From Clostridiales bacterium (GTDB taxonomy: Bacteria > Bacillota > Desulfotomaculia > Desulfotomaculales > VENG01), in the NCBI GenBank assembly GCA_016278505.1, contig JADQBQ010000019.1:5098-69097 (forward strand): a stretch of DNA of 64,000 bases, written 5' to 3'. Below the pieces are notes generated by a model that did not search any database, was not told the DNA's origin, and was given only the letters and a program-made list of their open reading frames with translations. Below are positions 1 through 8,463 of the stretch, in pieces. The position numbers and the translations under genes are program-made. Position 1 is the first letter of the stretch. Each line of letters begins with the position of its first letter.

Positions 1-1
1 T

Positions 2-1489
2 AATACCAAGGTTATTCTTTGTTACATTGAAGATATTATAGACGGCGAGCGTTTTCTTGAGGTTGCCGGCAGGGCAGCCAAAGAGAAGCCGGTGATTGTA
101 CTTAAATCCGGTACTAGTCAGGCAGGGGCCCAGGCCGCTTCATCTCATACCGGGGCACTGGCTGGAAGTGACCTGGCTTATGATACTGCTTTTAAGCAGT
201 GCGGCATTATCAGGGCCAGGAGCATGACCGAGCTCTTTGATCTTGCCGCTACGTTTGCCAAATCCCCCGTACCCCGAGGTAAAAGAGTGGCTATTGTTAC
301 TAATTCCGGCGGGCCGGGTATTATAGCTACCGATAACGTGGAAAATAATGGCCTCCAAATGGCCAGATTTACAAAAAGCACTATTGAAGAGCTGCAGGCA
401 AATCTCCCGGTGGAAGCAGGAATATATAACCCGGTGGATGTTCTTGGCGATGCCAAGGCCGAACGTTACCATTTTGCATTACAAAAGGTCTGTGCAGATC
501 CTAATGTGGATAGTGTGCTGATGCTAATGTGCCCCACTTCAGTAACCGAATCTGATGATACAGCTAAAGCGCTGATTGAAACCAGGGATGCATATCCTGA
601 TAAGGCTATTTTTGCGGCCAATATGGGGGGGGAAAGCCTCTCCGAGGCCACACGCCTGCTTTCCCGGGCAGGGATCCCCTGTTTCACTTTTCCGGAACCG
701 GCACTTAATGCCATACGCGGCATGGTGGATTACAGTGACTTCCGCGCCAGTAACGGGCAGCAGGAAGACCAATACCATGTAGATGTTGATAAGAGGGCTG
801 TCAAGGCAATTTTTTATGATGTGTTGAAAGACAATCGTCTGGTGTTGCTGGGCAGTGAAGCATCGGAGGTGGCCCGGGCATACGGCATAGCAGCTGCTCC
901 AGTTGTATTGGCCACTACGCCTGATCAAGCGGCAGCTGAGGCGGAAAAAATGGGTTACCCGGTGGTACTAAAGGTGGCGTCACCTAAGATATTGCACAAG
1001 ACGGATGTTGGTGGTGTGCAGATAGGGCTTAATTCGGCAGTGGAAGTAAAGAACGCCTTCATGGAGATAATGGATAACGTTAAAAGGTATCTGCCGCGGG
1101 TTGTGGTGCACGGGATAGAAGTGCAGAAAATGATGCCCAAAGGTACCGAGTTGATCATTGGTATGACCAAGGATATTCAATTCGGCCCATTGATTGCCTT
1201 TGGGCTGGGGGGAATATATGTTAATCTGCTTAAAGATGTATCCTTCAGATTGGCTAAAGGGCTTACGCCCAGTGGCATAAATTCCATGTTTGAAGAAACA
1301 AAGGCATATTCACTGCTGCGCGGTTACCGTGGCGCCCCGCCCGCTGATACAGGTGCAGTGCAGGATGTTGTTTCACGAGTAGCCCGTTTGGTGCTGGATT
1401 TCCCGGAAATAACAGAAATTGATATGAACCCTCTGATTGCGTATAAAGAAGGAATTTCAGTATTAGATGTTAAGATTACTATTTCCTAG
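2..1489 (+). CDS. ADP-forming acetyl-CoA/acyl-CoA synthetase, fused alpha-beta type (5' end outside window)
   Basis: The frame is open from the window edge (NTKVILCYIEDIIDGERFLEVAGRAAKEKPVIVLKSGTS), so the listed start at 92 is internal. A CoA-ligase/succinyl-CoA-synthetase-like region is followed by an ATP-grasp region (GYPVVLKVASPKILHKTDVGGV). Confidence 0.8.
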   Translation, partial: NTKVILCYIEDIIDGERFLEVAGRAAKEKPVIVLKSGTSQAGAQAASSHTGALAGSDLAYDTAFKQCGIIRARSMTELFDLAATFAKSPVPRGKRVAIVTNSGGPGIIATDNVENNGLQMARFTKSTIEELQANLPVEAGIYNPVDVLGDAKAERYHFALQKVCADPNVDSVLMLMCPTSVTESDDTAKALIETRDAYPDKAIFAANMGGESLSEATRLLSRAGIPCFTFPEPALNAIRGMVDYSDFRASNGQQEDQYHVDVDKRAVKAIFYDVLKDNRLVLLGSEASEVARAYGIAAAPVVLATTPDQAAAEAEKMGYPVVLKVASPKILHKTDVGGVQIGLNSAVEVKNAFMEIMDNVKRYLPRVVVHGIEVQKMMPKGTELIIGMTKDIQFGPLIAFGLGGIYVNLLKDVSFRLAKGLTPSGINSMFEETKAYSLLRGYRGAPPADTGAVQDVVSRVARLVLDFPEITEIDMNPLIAYKEGISVLDVKITIS

Positions 1490-1747
1490 AATACCAAAAC
1501 CTTTTTCTTGCATGTGACTTATGGCCGCTGATGCAATCTGGTGGCGTAGGAAATCCTTTTCTGCGGTGTTTAATTCCTCTGTACCGGTTAACCCGGTCAG
1601 GGGAATGCTGTTTTCTTCGGCTTCGCGGTGGAATTGAACCACCCCGTCACCAATAAAATTTCCCCCTTTGAATACTTGATAGCGTATAATGTAACTGGGG
1701 TCTATGGAAAGCTTTTCGTCCACTTCCGCTCGAACTTCGTATTCCAT
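1463..1747 (-). CDS. hypothetical small protein (94 aa)
   Basis: ATG start with GGAGGT 8 nt upstream (rc of 1756-1761). No family recognised. The 3' end overlaps the convergent acs-like gene by 27 nt. Confidence 0.5.
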   Translation of the reverse strand: MEYEVRAEVDEKLSIDPSYIIRYQVFKGGNFIGDGVVQFHREAEENSIPLTGLTGTEELNTAEKDFLRHQIASAAISHMQEKGFGILGNSNLNI

Positions 1748-1895
1748 TATTACTTACCTCCTGATAAATGTCTGCAAGTAGTCCTAGTATAACCACCGCC
1801 TGCGGGCTATATGTTAAATGGTTCTGATTGCGTAACGAAATATGGTTTATGTGAGTTTTGATATATATATTTGTATATACAGGAGGGGTTATTTA

Positions 1896-2663
1896 GTGCC
1901 AGTGCTTAAGGCCGGTGATTATTCCACTGCCTGCAGAGCTATATTATTTGACAAAGACGGTACATTAATTGACTTTAAAAATATGTGGTTGGTATGGCTT
2001 GATTATATGTTTACTGCACTGCAGCAAGAATACCAACTAACAAAAAATATCATCAGGGATTTCGAAGAAGCTGTAGGGGTAAAATTAGATAAGCGGTGGG
2101 TAGCTTCCTCCGGAGTTATGGCCTCGGGCTGCATGGATAGTCTCAGGCGATCCATGGCTCAGTGTCTGACTGCCTACGGTGTGGACCCGGAGGAAGCTGT
2201 GAGTGGGTTCGATGTTATGGTTAAAACATCTGAAACCGAAGTGGATTGGCCCGCAATTACCCATTCCGTGCCGGGGCTGGAGCAATTTTTGTATAAATTA
2301 AAGGACCGGGGGATAAAAGTGGCGGTAACCACTGCCGACACTACCTCAAGGGCGGAAGATACATTATGTTCTCTGGGCCTGGCCTCTCATTTTGATGCCG
2401 TGGTAGGGGCCGACCGGGTAAGCAGTACAAAACCGGCACCGGATATGGCTTTATTGGCCTGTGAACTCCTCGATGTTCACCCTATGGATGCCGTGGTAGT
2501 GGGGGACAATATTACCGACATGCAAATGGGTAAAAGTGCCGGGGTGGCCGGGGTGATTGGAGTTTTAACAGGTGTTTGCCAGGTAAGGCAGCTGGAGGCT
2601 TTAGCCGATGCGGTGGTGGAATCCGTGGGCGAATTAAAACTTGAAGATGTGGAGCAGGGGTGA
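1896..2663 (+). CDS. HAD-superfamily hydrolase (phosphoglycolate-phosphatase-like)
   Basis: HAD motifs are present: FDKDGTLID, VTTADT, VVGDNITDM. I prefer the GTG at 1896, preceded by AGGAGGGG (1881-1888), over the listed start at 1842. Confidence 0.8.
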   Translation: MPVLKAGDYSTACRAILFDKDGTLIDFKNMWLVWLDYMFTALQQEYQLTKNIIRDFEEAVGVKLDKRWVASSGVMASGCMDSLRRSMAQCLTAYGVDPEEAVSGFDVMVKTSETEVDWPAITHSVPGLEQFLYKLKDRGIKVAVTTADTTSRAEDTLCSLGLASHFDAVVGADRVSSTKPAPDMALLACELLDVHPMDAVVVGDNITDMQMGKSAGVAGVIGVLTGVCQVRQLEALADAVVESVGELKLEDVEQG

Positions 2664-3570
2664 AAGGGTGGAGGAAAAAAGTGGCTGGCTGGAATTTAGG
2701 CTTTCCGGGGAAGACGAAGGAAGGCCGGTAGGCAACATTCTGCGTAGTAAATACGGTTTTTCCAGGGGAATGTTACGGAAGCTTAAACGCTGGCAGGGTG
2801 TAACGCTCAACGGTGAACCGGTAAGACTGAAAGACGGTGGCAGAGAAAATGATGTGATCAGGGTAACCTTGCGGCATAAGGAAGAAAGCTGGATTATGCC
2901 GCAAGATTTACCACTGGACGTACTTTACGAGGACGACGATTTACTCATAGTGGATAAAAAACCAGGAACATTGGTCCACCCTATGTCCTATGAGGACAGT
3001 GGAACTGTTGCCAATGCTGTTTTATACCGGTGGTCACAGCAGGGAATTGAAGCCCGGTTTCGCCCGGTATTCCGGCTCGATCGCCACACTTCCGGACTTT
3101 TAATGGTGGCTAAAAATAGTTTTGCCAATCATAGAATGGTGGAACAATTACACACACAAAACCTGCGCCGCCGCTATTTTGCGGTGGCGCAGGGGATAAT
3201 AGCTGAAGATGCGGGGGTACTGGATTATCCCATAGCCATGGATCCGGGCAGCGGCGGCAAAAGGACGGTCAGCCCGGACGGCAAGGTGGCTTTGACCAGG
3301 TTCCGGGTACTGGAGAGGTTTACCGGCCTCACTCTTTTATGTCTGGAGTTGGAGACCGGGCGTACTCACCAAATAAGGGTACACCTGTCACAAAAGGGTT
3401 TTCCCCTTTGTGGTGACACCTTATACGGAGGCGAAACAACGTTGATAGATAGGCAGGCTTTGCACTCGGCTGAGCTAAGGTTCCTGTCACCCCGCAGGGG
3501 CCAAGAAGTAACGGTTACCAGTACGATGCCCGGAGATATAAAGGATCTATTGTCACTGAAAAATAGGTGA
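2641..3570 (+). CDS. RluA/RluD-family pseudouridine synthase with N-terminal S4 domain
   Basis: S4-like N-terminus, catalytic region RLDRHTSGLLMVAK and HQIRVHL motif. The exact start is uncertain (overlaps the HAD gene end). Confidence 0.85.
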   Translation: MKMWSRGERVEEKSGWLEFRLSGEDEGRPVGNILRSKYGFSRGMLRKLKRWQGVTLNGEPVRLKDGGRENDVIRVTLRHKEESWIMPQDLPLDVLYEDDDLLIVDKKPGTLVHPMSYEDSGTVANAVLYRWSQQGIEARFRPVFRLDRHTSGLLMVAKNSFANHRMVEQLHTQNLRRRYFAVAQGIIAEDAGVLDYPIAMDPGSGGKRTVSPDGKVALTRFRVLERFTGLTLLCLELETGRTHQIRVHLSQKGFPLCGDTLYGGETTLIDRQALHSAELRFLSPRRGQEVTVTSTMPGDIKDLLSLKNR

Positions 3571-3575
3571 TCATG

Positions 3576-3863
3576 TTAAATCATCTGAATAATAATACTT
3601 GCGACAACCGCCGCGCTTAGCGTGAGGCAGAGTATGCCCATTCTTTGTTGCGTTTTTTCTATTTGTTCCACTTTGCCGGCCAGTTGATCTAACCGCTGGT
3701 ACACTTGCTGTTCTGTAGTGGTGCTTCTGGTATGCAGGTCCTCCCTGGTTTTTTCCAAAAGGGTTACAAACTTTGTTTCGGAAGGTTTGACCAGCTTTTG
3801 CTGTATGGAATCTGAAAGGGACTGCACCACGTCATGCACGCTGCACTGATCAGTTTGAGCCAT
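3576..3863 (-). CDS. small coiled-coil protein with C-terminal TM segment (tail-anchored type)
   Basis: ATG at 3863 with GGGGGC 7 nt upstream. Helical, heptad-like sequence ending in a hydrophobic stretch (MGILCLTLSAAVVASIIIQMI). Last gene of the dynamin-like operon. Confidence 0.5.
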   Translation of the reverse strand: MAQTDQCSVHDVVQSLSDSIQQKLVKPSETKFVTLLEKTREDLHTRSTTTEQQVYQRLDQLAGKVEQIEKTQQRMGILCLTLSAAVVASIIIQMI

Positions 3864-4134
3864 CTTCTTTGCCCCCATTGCTCTGGTTGATGGCATCCCG
3901 GATAGCAGATAAAACTGTTACCGGATTCTCTTCCAGTTTTTTTTCCAAGCGGTCCACTCTCTCTATTAACTCCTGCAGTATCTTATCATCTTTTTCGGTT
4001 TTTTGATTTATAGCCACGGCCAGACGTTTATTCTCGTTAACTAGAGGCTGAATGAATTTTTCTTTCAGTCCCAGCAATATCTCCGTTAAAAGCTGTTGTT
4101 TTGTTGTGTTCTCTGTGCTTTTGGGTAGGTTCAA
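3850..4134 (-). CDS. small coiled-coil protein (94 aa)
   Basis: TTG start at 4134 with AAAAGGGGGA upstream (rc of 4141-4150). Lys/Glu/Leu-rich helical sequence. No family recognised. Confidence 0.5.
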   Translation of the reverse strand: MNLPKSTENTTKQQLLTEILLGLKEKFIQPLVNENKRLAVAINQKTEKDDKILQELIERVDRLEKKLEENPVTVLSAIRDAINQSNGGKEDGSN

Positions 4135-4159
4135 AAAAAATCCCCCTTTTTAATCACTC

Positions 4160-4354
4160 TCATACTTTTTTTATAGCCTGGTTCAGGGCGTGAAGAAGGT
4201 CTTGGGTTTGAGCTCGGGAATGTTCGCTTATAATTTCCTCCATGTTCCGGCTTATTTCGTCCAGCAGGTCTTTCTTAATTTCACCTCCGGTTTTACTGCT
4301 GACTTCTTTGATTATATTGCGCAGCCGCTCGTTAAGCGCCCTGGCGTTTTCCAT
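4160..4354 (-). CDS. small helical protein (64 aa)
   Basis: The ATG lies 3 nt after the stop of the dynamin-like gene, with the GGGGGG run in that gene's 3' end acting as RBS. This indicates translational coupling. Confidence 0.5.
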   Translation of the reverse strand: MENARALNERLRNIIKEVSSKTGGEIKKDLLDEISRNMEEIISEHSRAQTQDLLHALNQAIKKV

Positions 4355-4357
4355 TTG

Positions 4358-7225
4358 TTACAACCCCCCCTGGATATTAAGTATTTTTTCAATATTGTAG
4401 ATGTCTGCAAGATACTCATTAAGCACTTTGCTTTCCTCTTTGGAAGGCTCTCTGCCGTAAGCTTCCTGTGCGGCCTGGGAGTGTTTTTCCACCGCTGACC
4501 TGATGCCGGGGGCGATCAGATCCCGTAGGTAAACCTCCATTTCATGTTGCCACCGGTTGCATTCTTCCCCTAGTTTCTTCTCCTGCTCGCTAAGTAATAT
4601 AGAAATTCTCTGTCTCGCTTCCTTAGCTTTGAAACCGCCGTAAAAATTTCTACTCTCAGTGATTGTTTCTTCCATTTGTTCCATGGCTGCAGCGGCAACA
4701 AGGCCTGGCGGGGAGGGGGGCAGGGCATAAGGATTAGTGGAGATTCCGGCTTGATGCAGCCAAGCTTCAACGGTTTTGTAAATAGCTTTTTGCCAGGTGC
4801 TGCAAATAATTTGAGTCTTACGGTTTAATGCATTTATCCACCTGAAGTAAGATATGCTGCTAATATGTGTGACCGCTTGCCCCTGCTGCTCCGGGGTCCC
4901 CCAGGCAAATGTCTTAAAGTGTTTGGGTTGTTTTAACCGTTCAGTTTGCCCCAAAATAATGTTAAACCTGGAATTAATTTCATCTTTTATTTCTGATACT
5001 GCCTGTGTGAGCGTGACGCAACCAGAGAATTTTACCGGGAGAGGGTTAGTTTTACCTTTCTTAATAACAGGTTGTGGTGTAGTTGCTGATTCCAGTATTG
5101 TACGCAAGTTCCGTAAATGGTTTTTTAGATAATCCCTTCCCCGGTAATTCCAAACCGCTAAGTGTATTTGGTCCAGCAGTTTTTGAAAACTCCCGTTATC
5201 TTTACCCTGCAGGGCCTTCAGCGGTGAAATAAGAAATATTTTAATGTTGGAGACGTTAATACCGTTTTGCTTCATTGTTTGCATGATGCTTCTGCGTAAA
5301 AAGTTTCTGGCTTTTTCCCTTTCATTAGGGGTAAGAGTATCAGCAAAATTTATGACAAAGAAAAATTTGGCCAACTCATATTGTGCCGCAGTGGCTTCGC
5401 CGGTGTGAAGATAGTCTTTAAGCCGCAATTTAAACATTTCCAAAAGGGAAAGGGAGTCGTGTTTGGTTAGTATGTGTTTGCCGTTTAAAAAAAACAGATA
5501 AGCATCACTGTGCTGCAAAAAGTCAGTGGTCATGGCGCTGTGATGTTGATTGGTGGAATCTAATCCAGGTGTGTCCACAAAGGTGGCCAATTGGAAAAAA
5601 AGTGCCGGGTGGGAAATGGTGATATCTCTTATGCGCAAGGCTTCCCGGGAAGTAGTCACACTTTTATACTCTTTTCTGCCCGGGGTAGTTTCCAGGTTTA
5701 ATTCTAAAGATGGCATTGGCCCAAAGACCAGGTCCACGGTCCATACGGGTGACATTGCCTTCGCTTTCCAGGCCGCAATAGGCCGAAACAGTGCACCCGC
5801 TTCCCGGTTATCCAATGTACCGCTGCGAAAGCCGGATGTAAATAATTTTTTGGTGCGCCATATTTCTTCCAGCAGCTTTTCCCGGGACACCTTTACAAAT
5901 CCCTTTCCGGTATCTAACCGCGTTTCTAAAATTCGCCGCAGGCTGGAGTCATAGTTCAGCCATTCCTCTAATGCTTGTATTTCTTCTTGGTTTATGATTA
6001 CGTTAAGGCCTTGATAGGCACAGATTTTAAGACTTAGCCGCGGTTTAAAGGTGATGGTTGCCATTCGCGTTCTGCCATGTTTAAGGTAAGTAATGCTGCT
6101 GGTGGTAGGCCGGTTTTCTGCCGGCAGTAAATTTTCTCCCATGATAGCGTTAAACAATGTACTTTTGCCCGATGAAAAACCTCCTACTGCAACTACTTTG
6201 AATTCTTCACGCTGTAATACACCTGCCCAATGGCCAATTTCCCGTGGAGATATAATTTGTTTTAACCTGGTATCGTGCATCATCTTAGAGGCTAATTGGA
6301 ACATTTTTTCTTTTATGCCGGGAATGTCTGCATATTTTCTACGGTTTGCGTCCTGTGCATAATTTATGCTGCCCGGCAGTACGTGAATATTATGGTTTTC
6401 CTCCAGCAAGTTTCTAACTTGCCCTTCCACCCCGGGTAAGTTGCTCAAGACATTTCTGGTCAGCATGATTTTTTTAGCTTGATCTTTAATGTCCCAAAAA
6501 TTATCAAGGAAAAGCATATCGTCCTGAATTAGAAGACTTTTATGGATGCGGGCGGGTATCTTTTCATCGATTTTTTTGTGCTTGGCATCAAGTTTCCTAA
6601 CCATATCCTTAGAAATCATTATTTCCAGGTAATGACGGACAGTGCTGACACTTTCAGGGACGCGGCTGTTAATTAGATAAATCTCCGGTGAATGGCGAAA
6701 AATGTTCCTTAACACCTGCTCCGTATTTGATAGGGAAGTACCGTCGCTTTTACCCAGGTTGCAGTTGATCCAGAAGGAAATGTCACGGTACTCTATTTTT
6801 CGTTTCTTGGCCAGAGTGGTGAGAAAGTGTTTGTTTAATTCGTCTATTCCCCGCTGGTGGAAAAGGTATATTATTTTATCCGCCTGCAGCGCAAGCTTTT
6901 CCAGTTCCGTGATATTAGATGCTGTAGAGTCTATACCAGGAGTATCTACCAGGGTGAATTTTTTCAACAGCGGGTGGTTAAGCGCTACTTCTACCTGATC
7001 AAATTTTACCGATGTTTTACCGTTTATAAAGGAAAGGAATTGTCCCTTGGTTGGGAAGTAAAGGGACTTGCCACTACCGCTCGTCCGTGCAGCGAATTTC
7101 TCTCCGTACTTTAGATAGAAAAAAGATGATGTTTTGGGCAGGCTGTCTTCCGGGCATAGTTGATCGTCAATTAAACTGTTTATTAAAGTAGATTTACCGG
7201 TGTTAAAGGAACCCATGACGGCCAC
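4358..7225 (-). CDS. bacterial dynamin-like protein with two GTPase modules
   Basis: Two P-loops (GSFNTGKST at aa 5-13, GGFSSGKST at aa 348-356), each followed by a DTPG motif (LVDTPGIDS, FVDTPGLDS). Long helical regions. The real start probably lies upstream of 7225 (see findings). Confidence 0.8.
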   Translation of the reverse strand: MAVMGSFNTGKSTLINSLIDDQLCPEDSLPKTSSFFYLKYGEKFAARTSGSGKSLYFPTKGQFLSFINGKTSVKFDQVEVALNHPLLKKFTLVDTPGIDSTASNITELEKLALQADKIIYLFHQRGIDELNKHFLTTLAKKRKIEYRDISFWINCNLGKSDGTSLSNTEQVLRNIFRHSPEIYLINSRVPESVSTVRHYLEIMISKDMVRKLDAKHKKIDEKIPARIHKSLLIQDDMLFLDNFWDIKDQAKKIMLTRNVLSNLPGVEGQVRNLLEENHNIHVLPGSINYAQDANRRKYADIPGIKEKMFQLASKMMHDTRLKQIISPREIGHWAGVLQREEFKVVAVGGFSSGKSTLFNAIMGENLLPAENRPTTSSITYLKHGRTRMATITFKPRLSLKICAYQGLNVIINQEEIQALEEWLNYDSSLRRILETRLDTGKGFVKVSREKLLEEIWRTKKLFTSGFRSGTLDNREAGALFRPIAAWKAKAMSPVWTVDLVFGPMPSLELNLETTPGRKEYKSVTTSREALRIRDITISHPALFFQLATFVDTPGLDSTNQHHSAMTTDFLQHSDAYLFFLNGKHILTKHDSLSLLEMFKLRLKDYLHTGEATAAQYELAKFFFVINFADTLTPNEREKARNFLRRSIMQTMKQNGINVSNIKIFLISPLKALQGKDNGSFQKLLDQIHLAVWNYRGRDYLKNHLRNLRTILESATTPQPVIKKGKTNPLPVKFSGCVTLTQAVSEIKDEINSRFNIILGQTERLKQPKHFKTFAWGTPEQQGQAVTHISSISYFRWINALNRKTQIICSTWQKAIYKTVEAWLHQAGISTNPYALPPSPPGLVAAAAMEQMEETITESRNFYGGFKAKEARQRISILLSEQEKKLGEECNRWQHEMEVYLRDLIAPGIRSAVEKHSQAAQEAYGREPSKEESKVLNEYLADIYNIEKILNIQGGL

Positions 7226-7526
7226 TACGGGAGGCGGAAATGCTTCTTGTGTTGCTAACTTATCGGTCAGCGCAAGAAATTTATTAATGGTAAATGTGTT
7301 AATCGCAAATTCATTATTTGTATGGATAATTATCCCCCCTTTTCCAGTACTTTATAGAAAATATATTTGCTATACGGGACAATTATTACTACTCGTCCTA
7401 AGCTAATGAAGAAGGTGTTATTTCCAGGGAGGATTCCCAAGAGGCAACCTAGAATAGTAATTAAAGTTGGTGAGTTGGTTAGTGGTTAGGGAAAGAAATA
7501 ATGTGTTCTTTGAGGAGTGATTTTAA

Positions 7527-8183
7527 ATGGTTAAACAACAAGAAAATACCCAGGTGCAAATAGTTGTAGACGGAATGACCGGCGTGGGGAAGACAACTCT
7601 GGTCAATGTATTGGCTGAAGAAATGGATTTGGTTTCTTTTACGGAAATATTTGAGGATGAAAATGACCTCTTACATAAGTTTTTTCACGATAGGGAACGC
7701 TGGTGTTTTCCCATGCAGATTAATTTTTTAAACCACAGGTTTCGCCAGTATAAAGAGGCCACGGAAAAGAATTGTGCTATTATGGACCGATCAATTTATT
7801 CGGATAATATATTTGCTCGTATGTACAAGGAAATAGGTTATATGACCGTAGAGGAGTATAATGTTTACCACAGTTTATTGTATAACATGCTGGAAAGCCT
7901 GGAACCGCCGCGCTTAATAATTTACCTGAGCGTCGACGCTAAAGAAGCCATTAGGCGGATCAAAAAAAGAGGGCGTAAAGACGAGCTGGAAGTGGAAGAA
8001 GGGTATTGGCGCAAGCTTCACCGCTTCTATGAGGAGCAGTACCGCAACTATAAAATGGGGAACCTTCTAGTTATTAATGCCAATGATCTTGACTTTGTAA
8101 AATATAATGATCACAGGAAGCAAATATTGAACACGGTAAAGCATAAGTGGGAAGCAATCAATGAGGCTGCAGTTGCGAGGTAA
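7527..8183 (+). CDS. deoxynucleoside kinase (dAK/dGK family)
   Basis: P-loop VDGMTGVGKTTL, DRS motif (MDRSIYSD) and an Arg-rich lid (RIKKRGRKDE). RBS GAGGAG upstream of the ATG. Confidence 0.85.
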   Translation: MVKQQENTQVQIVVDGMTGVGKTTLVNVLAEEMDLVSFTEIFEDENDLLHKFFHDRERWCFPMQINFLNHRFRQYKEATEKNCAIMDRSIYSDNIFARMYKEIGYMTVEEYNVYHSLLYNMLESLEPPRLIIYLSVDAKEAIRRIKKRGRKDELEVEEGYWRKLHRFYEEQYRNYKMGNLLVINANDLDFVKYNDHRKQILNTVKHKWEAINEAAVAR

Positions 8184-8196
8184 AAAACGAACTGAT

Positions 8197-8412
8197 GACA
8201 AACCTGTCTTTTGCGCATAGCGAATGAATTGAATCGAGCCGTTGCCAGGCTTGGCGAAGTCGATAAGCGGAAGCGGGACCGAGCACAGGACGTGCGAGGC
8301 CGCCCCTTGAGCCATGGATGGCGATTGGGGCGGGAATCCCGCTGGAGCGTGAGACTGAGCCTTAGCCTGGCGCGGCGAGATGAATTGAATGAGCGGGCGC
8401 AAAAGGCAGGTT
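8197..8412 (+). ncRNA. unclassified structured repeat element, copy 1 (candidate ncRNA or RNA-structured repeat)
   Basis: About 90% identical by eye to 34482-34695. It has a 16-bp closing helix (8201-8216 with 8397-8412) and several internal helices. Differences between the copies are compensatory. It lies in non-coding DNA. Confidence 0.45.
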
Positions 8413-8436
8413 CAGCGCTAAGCTTAGCTTACAACC

Positions 8437-8463
8437 GGCGGGGGGAGTTGCCCCGTCTTTTTT
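8437..8463 (+). terminator. intrinsic terminator
   Basis: GGCGGGG-loop7-CCCCGTC followed by TTTTTT. Confidence 0.6.

Noticed and set aside
8067-8402. A 111-aa ORF (- strand) spanning the end of dNK and repeat element copy 1.
   Set aside because: It is antisense to a well-supported CDS and to the structured element, is not conserved in copy 2, and has no RBS.
8197-8412. Whether the repeat element is a 6S RNA, a known riboswitch (cobalamin, ydaO, Moco, ZTP, c-di-GMP-II), a group II intron domain or a retron msr/msd.
   Set aside because: 6S RNA is a largely rod-like helix with a central bubble, whereas this element is multi-branched and present as two near-identical copies. None of the signature sequences of those riboswitch or intron classes that I remember are present. 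It sits 3' of genes rather than in a 5' leader, and no reverse transcriptase is adjacent. This rests on memory only, so an Rfam scan is still needed.
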